The notes under the pieces are model-generated. The model saw only the letters and a list, made by a program, of their open reading frames with translations, had not been told where the DNA came from and did no database searches. From positions 1-41,315 of IMG/VR virus record IMGVR_UViG_3300027707_000037: DNA of 41,315 nucleotides; one strand, 5' to 3'. The position numbers were made by a program, and so were the translations under genes. The DNA is from a virus. Lineage: Duplodnaviria; Caudoviricetes. Below, one piece after another: positions 27,393-35,338 of this stretch (positions are counted from its first letter, which is position 1; the number at the start of each line of letters is the position of its first letter).

Positions 27393-28541
27393 ATGTGTGT
27401 AATCATTATCAAACAAAAAGGTATGCAACTGCCTAAAGACGTTGCAAAAAATTCAGCACGTATCAATCCCGATGGGCTTGGTATAATATGGCTCGATACG
27501 TTCGAGGTTACGTATCACAAATCAGCAGAGTTTAAAAAGTTGGAGACAGAGAGACCATTTATTGCTCACTTTAGATATGCGACCATCGGGGTAATCTGTA
27601 AAAGCAATACACATCCATTTAAGTGCGGAGAGAATGAGAATGAGTGGCTTATGATGAATGGCACAATCAAGGGGCTTGGCAACAACGAGACTTGTGACTC
27701 AAAAGTTTTGGCTCAAAACATCGGCAAGGTTGCACGTCACACGTGGAAAAAAGAGTTATCAAAGTATGACTGCCGTTTCGTTACCATCAACACACGTAAC
27801 AGGACTTTTCAAATGTATAACAAACATCTGTGGACAATCAGGGATGGAATATGGTATAGTAAAGACAACGTCCTTGAGGACAACTTGGTTGCTGTGTATG
27901 GCACACTTAAGAAAGGATACCACAATTATTGGGCTTACTTAAATAATGCTAAGCACTTGGGAAACGGAAAAACATTAAATAAGTATCCTTTATTAATCAA
28001 CGGACTGCCCTACCTTGTTGACGAGGTGGACAGAGGGTACAATGTGGAGGTGGACGTGTTCGCTGTGAGTGACTCAAAGTTGAGAGAGTTGGACAATCTT
28101 GAGGGACATCCGAATTGGTACCAACGTAGACAGATACCGATAAGTGTAAAAGGTAAAAATGTTACTTGTTGGGTTTACTTCAACATCAGGGAGAAAGTAA
28201 AAGATGATAGTGTGTTGCATAAAAAATACACGCAAGTGTATAAGCCGAATAAAATTTGGTGGGAATACGAGAAGCCTACTGAGAAGCCTACGTATAAGCC
28301 GAATCAGGAGCAGAAGCCTATGCAACGTACAACGTATTTTGAGGACTTCTTTAGCAATGACGAGGGCGACTTTTATCCACGTGAAACGATTAGTGCAAAA
28401 GAGTTCGACATCATTGACGAGAAGCCTATATGTATTGACTGCTACCACGACCTTGAGCACGATGCGTTCGCAAATTACCACTGCTGTGGTTGTGGTGCTT
28501 GGTTCACTGAGAGTGAGGTTGCGGTATGGACTTGTAAATAA
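27393..28541 (+). CDS. Class II glutamine amidotransferase + gamma-glutamylcyclotransferase (AIG2-like) fusion with C-terminal Cys cluster
   Basis: True start M-C-VIII (Ntn Cys) at 27393; NPDGLG, HFRYAT, NTHPF, MNGTI, CDS; then VAVYGTLKKG and LDNLEG; C-terminal CIDC...CCGC. Confidence 0.85.
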   Translation: MCVIIIKQKGMQLPKDVAKNSARINPDGLGIIWLDTFEVTYHKSAEFKKLETERPFIAHFRYATIGVICKSNTHPFKCGENENEWLMMNGTIKGLGNNETCDSKVLAQNIGKVARHTWKKELSKYDCRFVTINTRNRTFQMYNKHLWTIRDGIWYSKDNVLEDNLVAVYGTLKKGYHNYWAYLNNAKHLGNGKTLNKYPLLINGLPYLVDEVDRGYNVEVDVFAVSDSKLRELDNLEGHPNWYQRRQIPISVKGKNVTCWVYFNIREKVKDDSVLHKKYTQVYKPNKIWWEYEKPTEKPTYKPNQEQKPMQRTTYFEDFFSNDEGDFYPRETISAKEFDIIDEKPICIDCYHDLEHDAFANYHCCGCGAWFTESEVAVWTCK

Positions 28542-28579
28542 TTAAGAGACTATTTTTAAATCAAATTAAATTTAAAAAA

Positions 28580-29146
28580 ATGAGACAAATTACAGAGAAA
28601 ATTGTGTTAGCGTTCGAGAGACGAGTGGCACTAAAAGTTAACAACACTCGTACAGATGGTATGAGTATATGGTTACACAATAACAAAATAGCCGAATGGC
28701 GTAATGATGGGCTTTGGATAAGTAATGCGGGATGGGATAGTAGGACAACGAAAGAAAGGTTAAATGGGTTGACAGGAGTTCGTATTCATAGTCATCGTGG
28801 AACTTTGTACTTGAATGGGAATGCTTGGGATGGTGGATGGGTAAACGTGGGTACGTTCAGCAACTATTGGGGTTCTACAGAGGCTGCAGAGGTTGTAGAG
28901 GAGACAGAGCCTGAGGTTATATTCGACATCACAAGCGAATGGATGAGTGCAGGATATAGCAAGCCTGTGTATGCTATTTATCACACTAATGCACAAACCG
29001 ACTTGGACGCAATTGAGTTAAAGCTACAGGGTTCAGGAATACCATCAAGAAGGATGGAATCAGATACAGCAGGGACATACAGACCAAATCACTTTGTAGT
29101 GGTACGTCCTGAGGACTTCAACAATTCATTAATCATAATTAAATAA
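28580..29146 (+). CDS. Hypothetical early protein
   Basis: 188 aa; LHNNKIA...GWDSRTTKERLN motif. Confidence 0.65.
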   Translation: MRQITEKIVLAFERRVALKVNNTRTDGMSIWLHNNKIAEWRNDGLWISNAGWDSRTTKERLNGLTGVRIHSHRGTLYLNGNAWDGGWVNVGTFSNYWGSTEAAEVVEETEPEVIFDITSEWMSAGYSKPVYAIYHTNAQTDLDAIELKLQGSGIPSRRMESDTAGTYRPNHFVVVRPEDFNNSLIIIK

Positions 29147-29154
29147 AAATTACA

Positions 29155-29409
29155 ATGAGAACATTTTATTTTAATTCAGGCGTAAAGCCTTGGAATACAA
29201 ACTACCAATACCAAATTGATAAGGGTAATAAGTTTATCAACAACGAATTACATCATCCGTTCAACGTATCGGATGACGTACCTGAGGCGGCACGTTTATA
29301 TTGTTTAATGGACAAACCTTTTGAACACTACAGCAGTGAGAATTTTATAATTGCAGAGGTATGCGGTGGTAATATGTGTAGCAAATATGCAGTATTTTAT
29401 AAACAATAA
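29155..29409 (+). CDS. Hypothetical early protein
   Basis: 84 aa ORF in tandem array. Confidence 0.55.
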   Translation: MRTFYFNSGVKPWNTNYQYQIDKGNKFINNELHHPFNVSDDVPEAARLYCLMDKPFEHYSSENFIIAEVCGGNMCSKYAVFYKQ

Positions 29410-29434
29410 TTTTAACAATCTAAATCAAAAAAAA

Positions 29435-29665
29435 ATGAACGTATTTAAAATCAACACGACAGCCTACAGCGAAGAAGACTTTTTTATTTTAACAACTTTA
29501 AAAGTTGAAGACGTTGTAGAGGTAATCAATCCAATTGTAATGGCGGAGCGTGACGGAGAGAGCGATGACTATTACGATAATGACTCCTTAGTAAGTGCAT
29601 TAAAAAATCGTTTTCCTAATCACACTATTGAGCATTATAATGAATTTGAAACAATAACTATATAA
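29435..29665 (+). CDS. Hypothetical acidic early protein
   Basis: Likely start MNVFKINTT at 29435 after an A-rich leader. Confidence 0.6.
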   Translation: MNVFKINTTAYSEEDFFILTTLKVEDVVEVINPIVMAERDGESDDYYDNDSLVSALKNRFPNHTIEHYNEFETITI

Positions 29666-29691
29666 TTATTAACAATCTAAATCAAATCAAA

Positions 29692-30066
29692 ATGACAAAG
29701 ACACTTTATGTTGTAAAATACAACGACACTTACGGGAACGGGGACAAACAAAAATTAGAGGTTATAGTTGAGAATCGTAATCACTTTTTAGAATGGTTGG
29801 ATGAACATAACGAGAGTAGAAGAATGGATTATATTACTGATGATGACTTTTTGAAAGAAACGGAGGAGGAGTTCGACTTGATACCTTTAAACGTGTACGT
29901 ATCAGAGAGTATAGAGGGTAATAGTATCAATGTGCCTATCTGTTACTACGAGGACGACAACAATAAGAAAGTTTATGACTTCGAGGAGATGGCTGAAGAG
30001 TTCGAGATGGGACTTTCTAAATTGGATGATTCTGTAGTTGTAATGGTATCTGTTGACTCTAAATAA
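29692..30066 (+). CDS. Hypothetical acidic early protein
   Basis: 124 aa. Confidence 0.6.
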   Translation: MTKTLYVVKYNDTYGNGDKQKLEVIVENRNHFLEWLDEHNESRRMDYITDDDFLKETEEEFDLIPLNVYVSESIEGNSINVPICYYEDDNNKKVYDFEEMAEEFEMGLSKLDDSVVVMVSVDSK

Positions 30067-30075
30067 ATAATCGAT

Positions 30076-30210
30076 ATGAATCAGAAAATAAAATCAGTGT
30101 CTTTAAAGACACTCGATATACTTTATTTTTTTCTAATAGCAGTACCTTTATTTTTGGTAGTGTTCATAGCAGTTAACATATTTTTTTTAATTAAAAACAT
30201 AAGAAAATGA
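30076..30210 (+). CDS. Small TM protein (44 aa)
   Basis: MNQKIKSVSLKTLDILYFFLIAVPLFLVVFIAVNIFFLIKNIRK; ATGA-coupled to the next gene. Confidence 0.5.
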   Translation: MNQKIKSVSLKTLDILYFFLIAVPLFLVVFIAVNIFFLIKNIRK

Positions 30211-30443
30211 AAAATAAAATAGAAGAAGCAAAAAAAATCCTTGAAGAGCAAGGGTATTTTATTCGAAACCTATGGCACGTTGATGACGTGAAAGGAATGT
30301 TTCGATGCACAGATGAGGAGGCTCAGGACGTGCTTGACGATGCGTTGACCAATGATGCTACAATGGAGCAGATATGGTTGGCTATCGGAATTGTTGGAGA
30401 ATCAAAATCATTAACCGAATCATTAACCGAAACAAATATATAA
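30207..30443 (+). CDS. Hypothetical protein
   Basis: 78 aa; LWHVDDV...TDEEAQDVL. Confidence 0.6.
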   Translation: MKNKIEEAKKILEEQGYFIRNLWHVDDVKGMFRCTDEEAQDVLDDALTNDATMEQIWLAIGIVGESKSLTESLTETNI

Positions 30444-30446
30444 ATT

Positions 30447-30836
30447 ATGATAGTTATAAACACAGAAATCCCACGTCAAGTTATCGAAGACGTTTTTGTT
30501 ACAGCCCTTGAGGGTGGCAGTAATTATTGGTATTTTTTACCTGAAAAATCAGTGAATGCAATAAGGAAGGCAGTGCCTAAGAGCGTTGAGCCTTACCTGA
30601 GCATAGCAATATCAAAGGCAATAATAGACCACGGAGTTGAGGTTGGAATCAACGATGCGGAGGACGAGGACGAGGAGTTGGGCGTAATCAGTATGAAGAC
30701 AATGCCTGAGAGACTACATAAACTTTCTACAGAAAGTAAGTGGGCTTTTGATAATGAAATAGATGGGAGCGGAGATGCTTCAAGTAGCGATGTATGGTTG
30801 CAGTATATGGCTTTTGGGGAGGTAATCTTCGGATAA
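30447..30836 (+). CDS. Hypothetical protein
   Basis: 129 aa; TALEGGSNYW...D..LQY..FGEVIFG phage motif. Confidence 0.65.
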   Translation: MIVINTEIPRQVIEDVFVTALEGGSNYWYFLPEKSVNAIRKAVPKSVEPYLSIAISKAIIDHGVEVGINDAEDEDEELGVISMKTMPERLHKLSTESKWAFDNEIDGSGDASSSDVWLQYMAFGEVIFG

Positions 30837-30872
30837 ATTGTTATATTCGTTAACTAAATTAAAAACATAATT

Positions 30873-31205
30873 ATGCTAATAAAATCACAAGAAGGCTTTG
30901 TATGGTTGGACGTAACTGACAGAGCAGAGAAAATTTTCAGTTCACAAGCGTTTGAATTGTTTCACGTTTGGAAGAAAGAAGAGAAGACATTTAGAATGCC
31001 AATTTTAGATGAGGCTGAACTCAGGTATGCACTTGACACATCTTTTCCTGTAAGTGAACAGCACTCAATATGTATTGAGGTTGGAGATGAACACGAAAAT
31101 AAGAAACTTGACTTTGTTACAAAAGAAAGTTGGGAGTTGGCAGATAAGCTACAGCACAACGGATTCATTTACGTTAGATACGATGACCTATCTTTTTGTA
31201 AATAA
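30873..31205 (+). CDS. Hypothetical early protein (paralogue of 26813..27028)
   Basis: GFVWLDVTDRAEKIFSSQAFEL. Confidence 0.65.
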   Translation: MLIKSQEGFVWLDVTDRAEKIFSSQAFELFHVWKKEEKTFRMPILDEAELRYALDTSFPVSEQHSICIEVGDEHENKKLDFVTKESWELADKLQHNGFIYVRYDDLSFCK

Positions 31206-31206
31206 A

Positions 31207-31238
31207 TTTGGAGGTGTCAATCTAATGCACTATATTTG
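31207..31238 (+). promoter_or_regulatory. Full Bacteroidota sigma-A promoter
   Basis: TTTG, 20-nt spacer, TATATTTG. Confidence 0.75.
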
Positions 31239-31280
31239 TACGAAATTTAATCAAATTAACAATTAACAAAATCAAATCAA

Positions 31281-31619
31281 ATGGGACTAATCAAACAGCA
31301 CTTAAAAAAAGAGAGTTTAAAGACATACAAAGACGCTTACCTTTTGGTTAAGCTATCTAAAGTAAACGACAAAGGTACTATTACTTATGACGAGTGGCAA
31401 GACTCAGGCAGGTTCGTTGACAGGAAATCATTCGAGGCTCACAATCCTGACGAGAATCTTCACGTAGACTGCACAGACATCGTAATGTACTTTGGAGGAA
31501 TCTATATCCAATTATTAAAATCAGGAGAGTTCTTTCTTGATTCAAAAGTATCAGGTAAAACGCTTGATGCCATTGAGAAAAATCTATGGGATAAGAACTT
31601 AGACTTATTTTGGGGATAA
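31281..31619 (+). CDS. Hypothetical protein
   Basis: 112 aa after promoter and AAATCAAATCAA leader. Confidence 0.6.
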   Translation: MGLIKQHLKKESLKTYKDAYLLVKLSKVNDKGTITYDEWQDSGRFVDRKSFEAHNPDENLHVDCTDIVMYFGGIYIQLLKSGEFFLDSKVSGKTLDAIEKNLWDKNLDLFWG

Positions 31620-31668
31620 GAAACAAAAATAATTACTAACAAATTGAACAAAGTTTAAACTAATTAAC

Positions 31669-31676
31669 TATCTTTG
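31669..31676 (+). promoter_or_regulatory. Bacteroidota -7 element (TATCTTTG)
   Basis: Upstream of 31699. Confidence 0.55.
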
Positions 31677-31698
31677 TTCTTTACTAAAATCAAATCAA

Positions 31699-32001
31699 AT
31701 GAAACAGGACGTGTTTAATCAGTATGTAGAAAGGGTGGTGGACTTATTTAGTATAAATAAAGACGACCTATTTTCAAAATCAAAAAAGAGAGAGTTGGTA
31801 GATGCAAGGCACTTGTTATATTACCTATGCTCAAAGAGACCAATGCGAATCAATTATATTCAGAAGTATATGACCGATTCAGGTTATAACATTCAGCACT
31901 CGTCAGTAATCCACGGAATAGGAGTAATCGAGGAACGGCTAAAAATAGATGCCGACTACGTATCAATCGTAAAAGAGTTCGAGAAAGCAGTATTCATTTA
32001 A
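31699..32001 (+). CDS. DnaA C-terminal (domain IV)-like HTH protein
   Basis: SKSKKRELVDARHLLYYLC...HSSVIHGI matches the Bac_DnaA_C pattern. Confidence 0.75.
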   Translation: MKQDVFNQYVERVVDLFSINKDDLFSKSKKRELVDARHLLYYLCSKRPMRINYIQKYMTDSGYNIQHSSVIHGIGVIEERLKIDADYVSIVKEFEKAVFI

Positions 32002-32026
32002 TCATTAACATCATAAATCAAATCAA

Positions 32027-32680
32027 ATGGAATCAAAGAAAAGAGTTTTTGAGAGGCTATCCGCCATCAATGTGAACGACCACGTTGAAAAGAAAAAAGA
32101 CCTAAGTTACTTATCTTGGGCTTGGGCTTGGAGTGAAACAAAAAGAGCGTGCCCTGACGCTACGTACAAAATCGGAGATACAGACTACGATGAATCCCTT
32201 GGGTTTATGTGTCACACATCAGTGACCATTGAAGGAGAGACGTTGGAAATGTGGTTGCCTGTAATGGACGGAGCAAATAAGAGTATGCTTAAGAAGTCTT
32301 ACACCTATACTACACGCTATGGAGACAAGAGTGTTGAGGCAGCGACTACGTTCGACATCAACAAGACCATAATGCGTTGCTTGGTAAAGAACTTGGCTAT
32401 GTTCGGCTTAGGAATATACATCTATGCAGGAGAGGACTTACCTGAGGCAGAGAAATCTGAGGTTGTTATGCCTAAAGCACCTGTTAAGCCTGAGCAAAAA
32501 GAAGAGTCTGACAAAATCACTTTAAAGAAAGATTCTGAGAATTGGAATAATGTTGTGAAGTATATTCAAGCTAACAAATCTTTGGGGCTTGAGAAAATTG
32601 GGCTACAACTTAATCGTAAGTACACCATCAGCCCTGCACTTAAAAAAGAATTAGCTAACATTATTAAAACAGAAGAATAA
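32027..32680 (+). CDS. Sak/Rad52-like ssDNA annealing protein (DUF1071 type)
   Basis: LSYLSWAWAW, MWLPVMD, DINKTIMRCLVKNLAMFGLGIYIYAGEDLP. Confidence 0.85.
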   Translation: MESKKRVFERLSAINVNDHVEKKKDLSYLSWAWAWSETKRACPDATYKIGDTDYDESLGFMCHTSVTIEGETLEMWLPVMDGANKSMLKKSYTYTTRYGDKSVEAATTFDINKTIMRCLVKNLAMFGLGIYIYAGEDLPEAEKSEVVMPKAPVKPEQKEESDKITLKKDSENWNNVVKYIQANKSLGLEKIGLQLNRKYTISPALKKELANIIKTEE

Positions 32681-32681
32681 T

Positions 32682-33416
32682 ATGGCAGACATAATTGAGT
32701 TACTTAAAAGCGACAAAGAGTATTATAATGGTATTGGTAAAGATTATTTATCAAATTCAGATATAGGTATTTTATTAAGCAATCCTAAGGACTTTAGAAA
32801 GCCTCGAGAAGACAATAAGAGTTTTGCAGAGGGTAGATATTTCCATCAGTTGTTAATTGAGAAAGACAAGGCTCAGTTCGTCCCATCAGTTGACGTGAGC
32901 ACTCGGACAACAAAGGAGTATAAGTCTTATTGTGAGACTCATAATTTACCTTTTGTAATGCTTACTAAGGAGAAAGAAGAGATTGAGAGGCTTGTAAAGA
33001 TTATGACAGCTAACATACAATTCTATGACGACATCTATGCAGAGGGCAATCGGTATGAGGTTCCTGCTGTAACAGAGTTATTTGGTATGCAATGGAAAGG
33101 GAAGGCTGACATCGTTGGGGAGAAATTTATCATTGACCTTAAGACTACATCTGACATTCAGAAGTTCAAGTGGTCGGCTAAGAGTTACAATTATGATAGT
33201 CAGGCTTACATCTACCAAATGCTTTTTGGGATACCTTTAGTTTTTTACGTAATTGACAAGGGCACAGGGCAACTTGGAATCTTCAGACCTACTGAGGAGT
33301 TTGTAAAGGTAGGAGAAGCTAAGGTTGTTCGTGCTATGGAGATATTTAAAAAATACTTTGGAGAAACACCAACAGATGACATTGATAATTATTACATAGA
33401 CGAGATGCTATTTTAA
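32682..33416 (+). CDS. RecE-like PD-(D/E)XK exonuclease (DUF3799 type)
   Basis: LSNS, G..FH, KGKADI, IIDLKTT, YDSQAYIY. Confidence 0.8.
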   Translation: MADIIELLKSDKEYYNGIGKDYLSNSDIGILLSNPKDFRKPREDNKSFAEGRYFHQLLIEKDKAQFVPSVDVSTRTTKEYKSYCETHNLPFVMLTKEKEEIERLVKIMTANIQFYDDIYAEGNRYEVPAVTELFGMQWKGKADIVGEKFIIDLKTTSDIQKFKWSAKSYNYDSQAYIYQMLFGIPLVFYVIDKGTGQLGIFRPTEEFVKVGEAKVVRAMEIFKKYFGETPTDDIDNYYIDEMLF

Positions 33417-33426
33417 AACAAAAAAT

Positions 33427-33954
33427 ATGAGTTTATTACAACAAAAAAAAGATTTTAGCAAAAGAGGTGCGTTTGATGAATTATACACACCTGATGAGGC
33501 GGTTGAAATGATTATTAAACATATCCCAAAGGATGTAAAAACTATTTGGGAGTGTACCGCAATTAATGAAAGTAAAATTGTATCTATTTTGAGAAAAGCA
33601 GGGTACAATGTAATTACTTCACATATTGAAGATGGCAAAGATTTTTTTTATTACGAACCTGAACAATACGATATGATAATTACAAACCCACCTTACTCAA
33701 AGAAAGATAAATTTTTGAAACGAGCATATGAATTAAAAAAACCTTTTATGTTTTTACTTCCTTTGACTTCGCTTGAAGGAATTGAAAGAGGTAAAATGTT
33801 TAATAAGAATGGTATTCAAGTGCTGATACCAAATAAACGCTTTAATTTTAAACCCGAGAAAAAAAGTGGGGCTTGGTTTCAAACGTCTTGGTTTTGTTTA
33901 GGGTGTGAATTAAGTCAGGATTTAAACTTTGTTAACTTAAAACAAAAAATATGA
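33427..33954 (+). CDS. Small amino-methyltransferase (likely N6-adenine)
   Basis: DELYTP, IWEC, GKDFF, IITNPPYS. Confidence 0.75.
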   Translation: MSLLQQKKDFSKRGAFDELYTPDEAVEMIIKHIPKDVKTIWECTAINESKIVSILRKAGYNVITSHIEDGKDFFYYEPEQYDMIITNPPYSKKDKFLKRAYELKKPFMFLLPLTSLEGIERGKMFNKNGIQVLIPNKRFNFKPEKKSGAWFQTSWFCLGCELSQDLNFVNLKQKI

Positions 33955-34658
33955 AAGATATATTTAACGATAATGTTCCTTTGAAAACGGAAACCCCCGC
34001 TTTAGCAAAGCACTTGTTACCATCAGTGCTTTTGTCGGAGGTTTATTTAGAAGATTGTGTAACGGCATTAAAACGCTATGCAGATAACCATTTTGATTTG
34101 GCAATAGTTGACCCTCCTTATGGGATTGAAAGGTTTAAAAAAGGCTCATTAAGATTTGATAATACAGACAAAGCAAAAAATGGGTTAGAATGGGATATTA
34201 AGCCAACTCCTGAATATTTTGAAGAACTTTTTAGAGTATCAAAAAATCAAATTATTTGGGGTGCAAACAACTTTATATTACCAACAACTGAATATTTTAT
34301 AGTATGGGATAAAGAGCAAACCGTTGACAATTTTGCAACTGCTGAATATGCTTGGACTAACGTAAAAAAACCTGCTAAAATATGCAAACACTCTATACAT
34401 AAAGTAATGGCAACAAGAAAAGCAGATGGTGGTAAAATACATCCAACCCAAAAACCTGTTTATTTGTACGATTGGCTTTTGAAAAACTACGCTAAAAGTG
34501 GAATGAATATTTTAGATACCCATTTAGGAAGTGGAAGCAGTAGGATTGCAGCGTATAAAGGCGGGTTCAACTTTGTAGGATTTGAGATAGACCAAGAATA
34601 TTATGATAAACAAGAAAAGCGTTTTAATGACTTTAAATCACAACTGCGGTTGTTTTAA
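33951..34658 (+). CDS. DNA N6-adenine/N4-cytosine methyltransferase (beta class)
   Basis: DLAIVDPPY, HPTQKP, ILDTHLGSGS, GFEID. Confidence 0.9.
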   Translation: MKDIFNDNVPLKTETPALAKHLLPSVLLSEVYLEDCVTALKRYADNHFDLAIVDPPYGIERFKKGSLRFDNTDKAKNGLEWDIKPTPEYFEELFRVSKNQIIWGANNFILPTTEYFIVWDKEQTVDNFATAEYAWTNVKKPAKICKHSIHKVMATRKADGGKIHPTQKPVYLYDWLLKNYAKSGMNILDTHLGSGSSRIAAYKGGFNFVGFEIDQEYYDKQEKRFNDFKSQLRLF

Positions 34659-34804
34659 CATCGGGCTTTACGCAGTTTATGTTGTCTTTTTTATTACTTA
34701 ATTGCGTTAAAGCCCTTGTTAAAAATAAAACCAACCTATTGACTTAGCCTCAGAAGTTGGTAGTTTGTAAAAATAGACTGAGGCAAAAAATAAAACAATT
34801 TACT

Positions 34805-35104
34805 ATGGCACAAGATGAAAAAATCTTTGCAGACGGTTTCAGTTTCAAGAGAAGCGAAAACGCACCCGACTTTGTTGTCGGAAGACTTTCATTAAAAGTT
34901 GATGAAGCAATCGGTTTCATCAAGGAGAATGAAAAAAAGGGTTGGGTAAACCTTAATATAAAAACTGCACGAAGTGGCAATTATTATGTTGAATTGGATA
35001 CCTTTGAGCCTAAGAATAAACCGGAAGACGCTCCGACTCCTGCTAAAAAAAAAGCTGAGCCTGTAGCTAAAACCGAAGACGAAGATGGGGGCTTACCATT
35101 CTAA
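34805..35104 (+). CDS. Single-stranded DNA-binding protein (putative)
   Basis: Start MAQDEKIFADG; APDFVVGRL; acidic tail EDEDGGLPF. Confidence 0.7.
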   Translation: MAQDEKIFADGFSFKRSENAPDFVVGRLSLKVDEAIGFIKENEKKGWVNLNIKTARSGNYYVELDTFEPKNKPEDAPTPAKKKAEPVAKTEDEDGGLPF

Positions 35105-35126
35105 GCCTATCTTTTTAATCTAATAC

Positions 35127-35155
35127 AATAGGGTAGTTTAGGCTACCCTATTTTT
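35127..35155 (+). terminator. Rho-independent terminator
   Basis: ATAGGGTAGT-TTAG-GCTACCCTAT followed by a T-run. Confidence 0.75.
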
Positions 35156-35166
35156 ATCCTTCGTCT

Positions 35167-35338
35167 ATGACGAAAATGCCAAAAATAATCAGTTCTACTA
35201 TTTCTATATATATATATTCTGTTCTTTATTATTTTCTTGACTATAATTTAGAGTTAAAATCGACATAAAAGACATTAATACTGATTATCAATAAGTTAAT
35301 TAAATAAAATCTAACATAAAACGACATCATTATGACAT
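35167..35338. repeat. Iteron-like GACAT repeat cluster (copy 2) upstream of the primase
   Basis: TCGACAT 35260, AAGACAT 35269, CTAACAT 35311, ACGACAT 35321; (TA)n tract; CTGATTATCAATAAGTTA at 35281. Confidence 0.7.
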
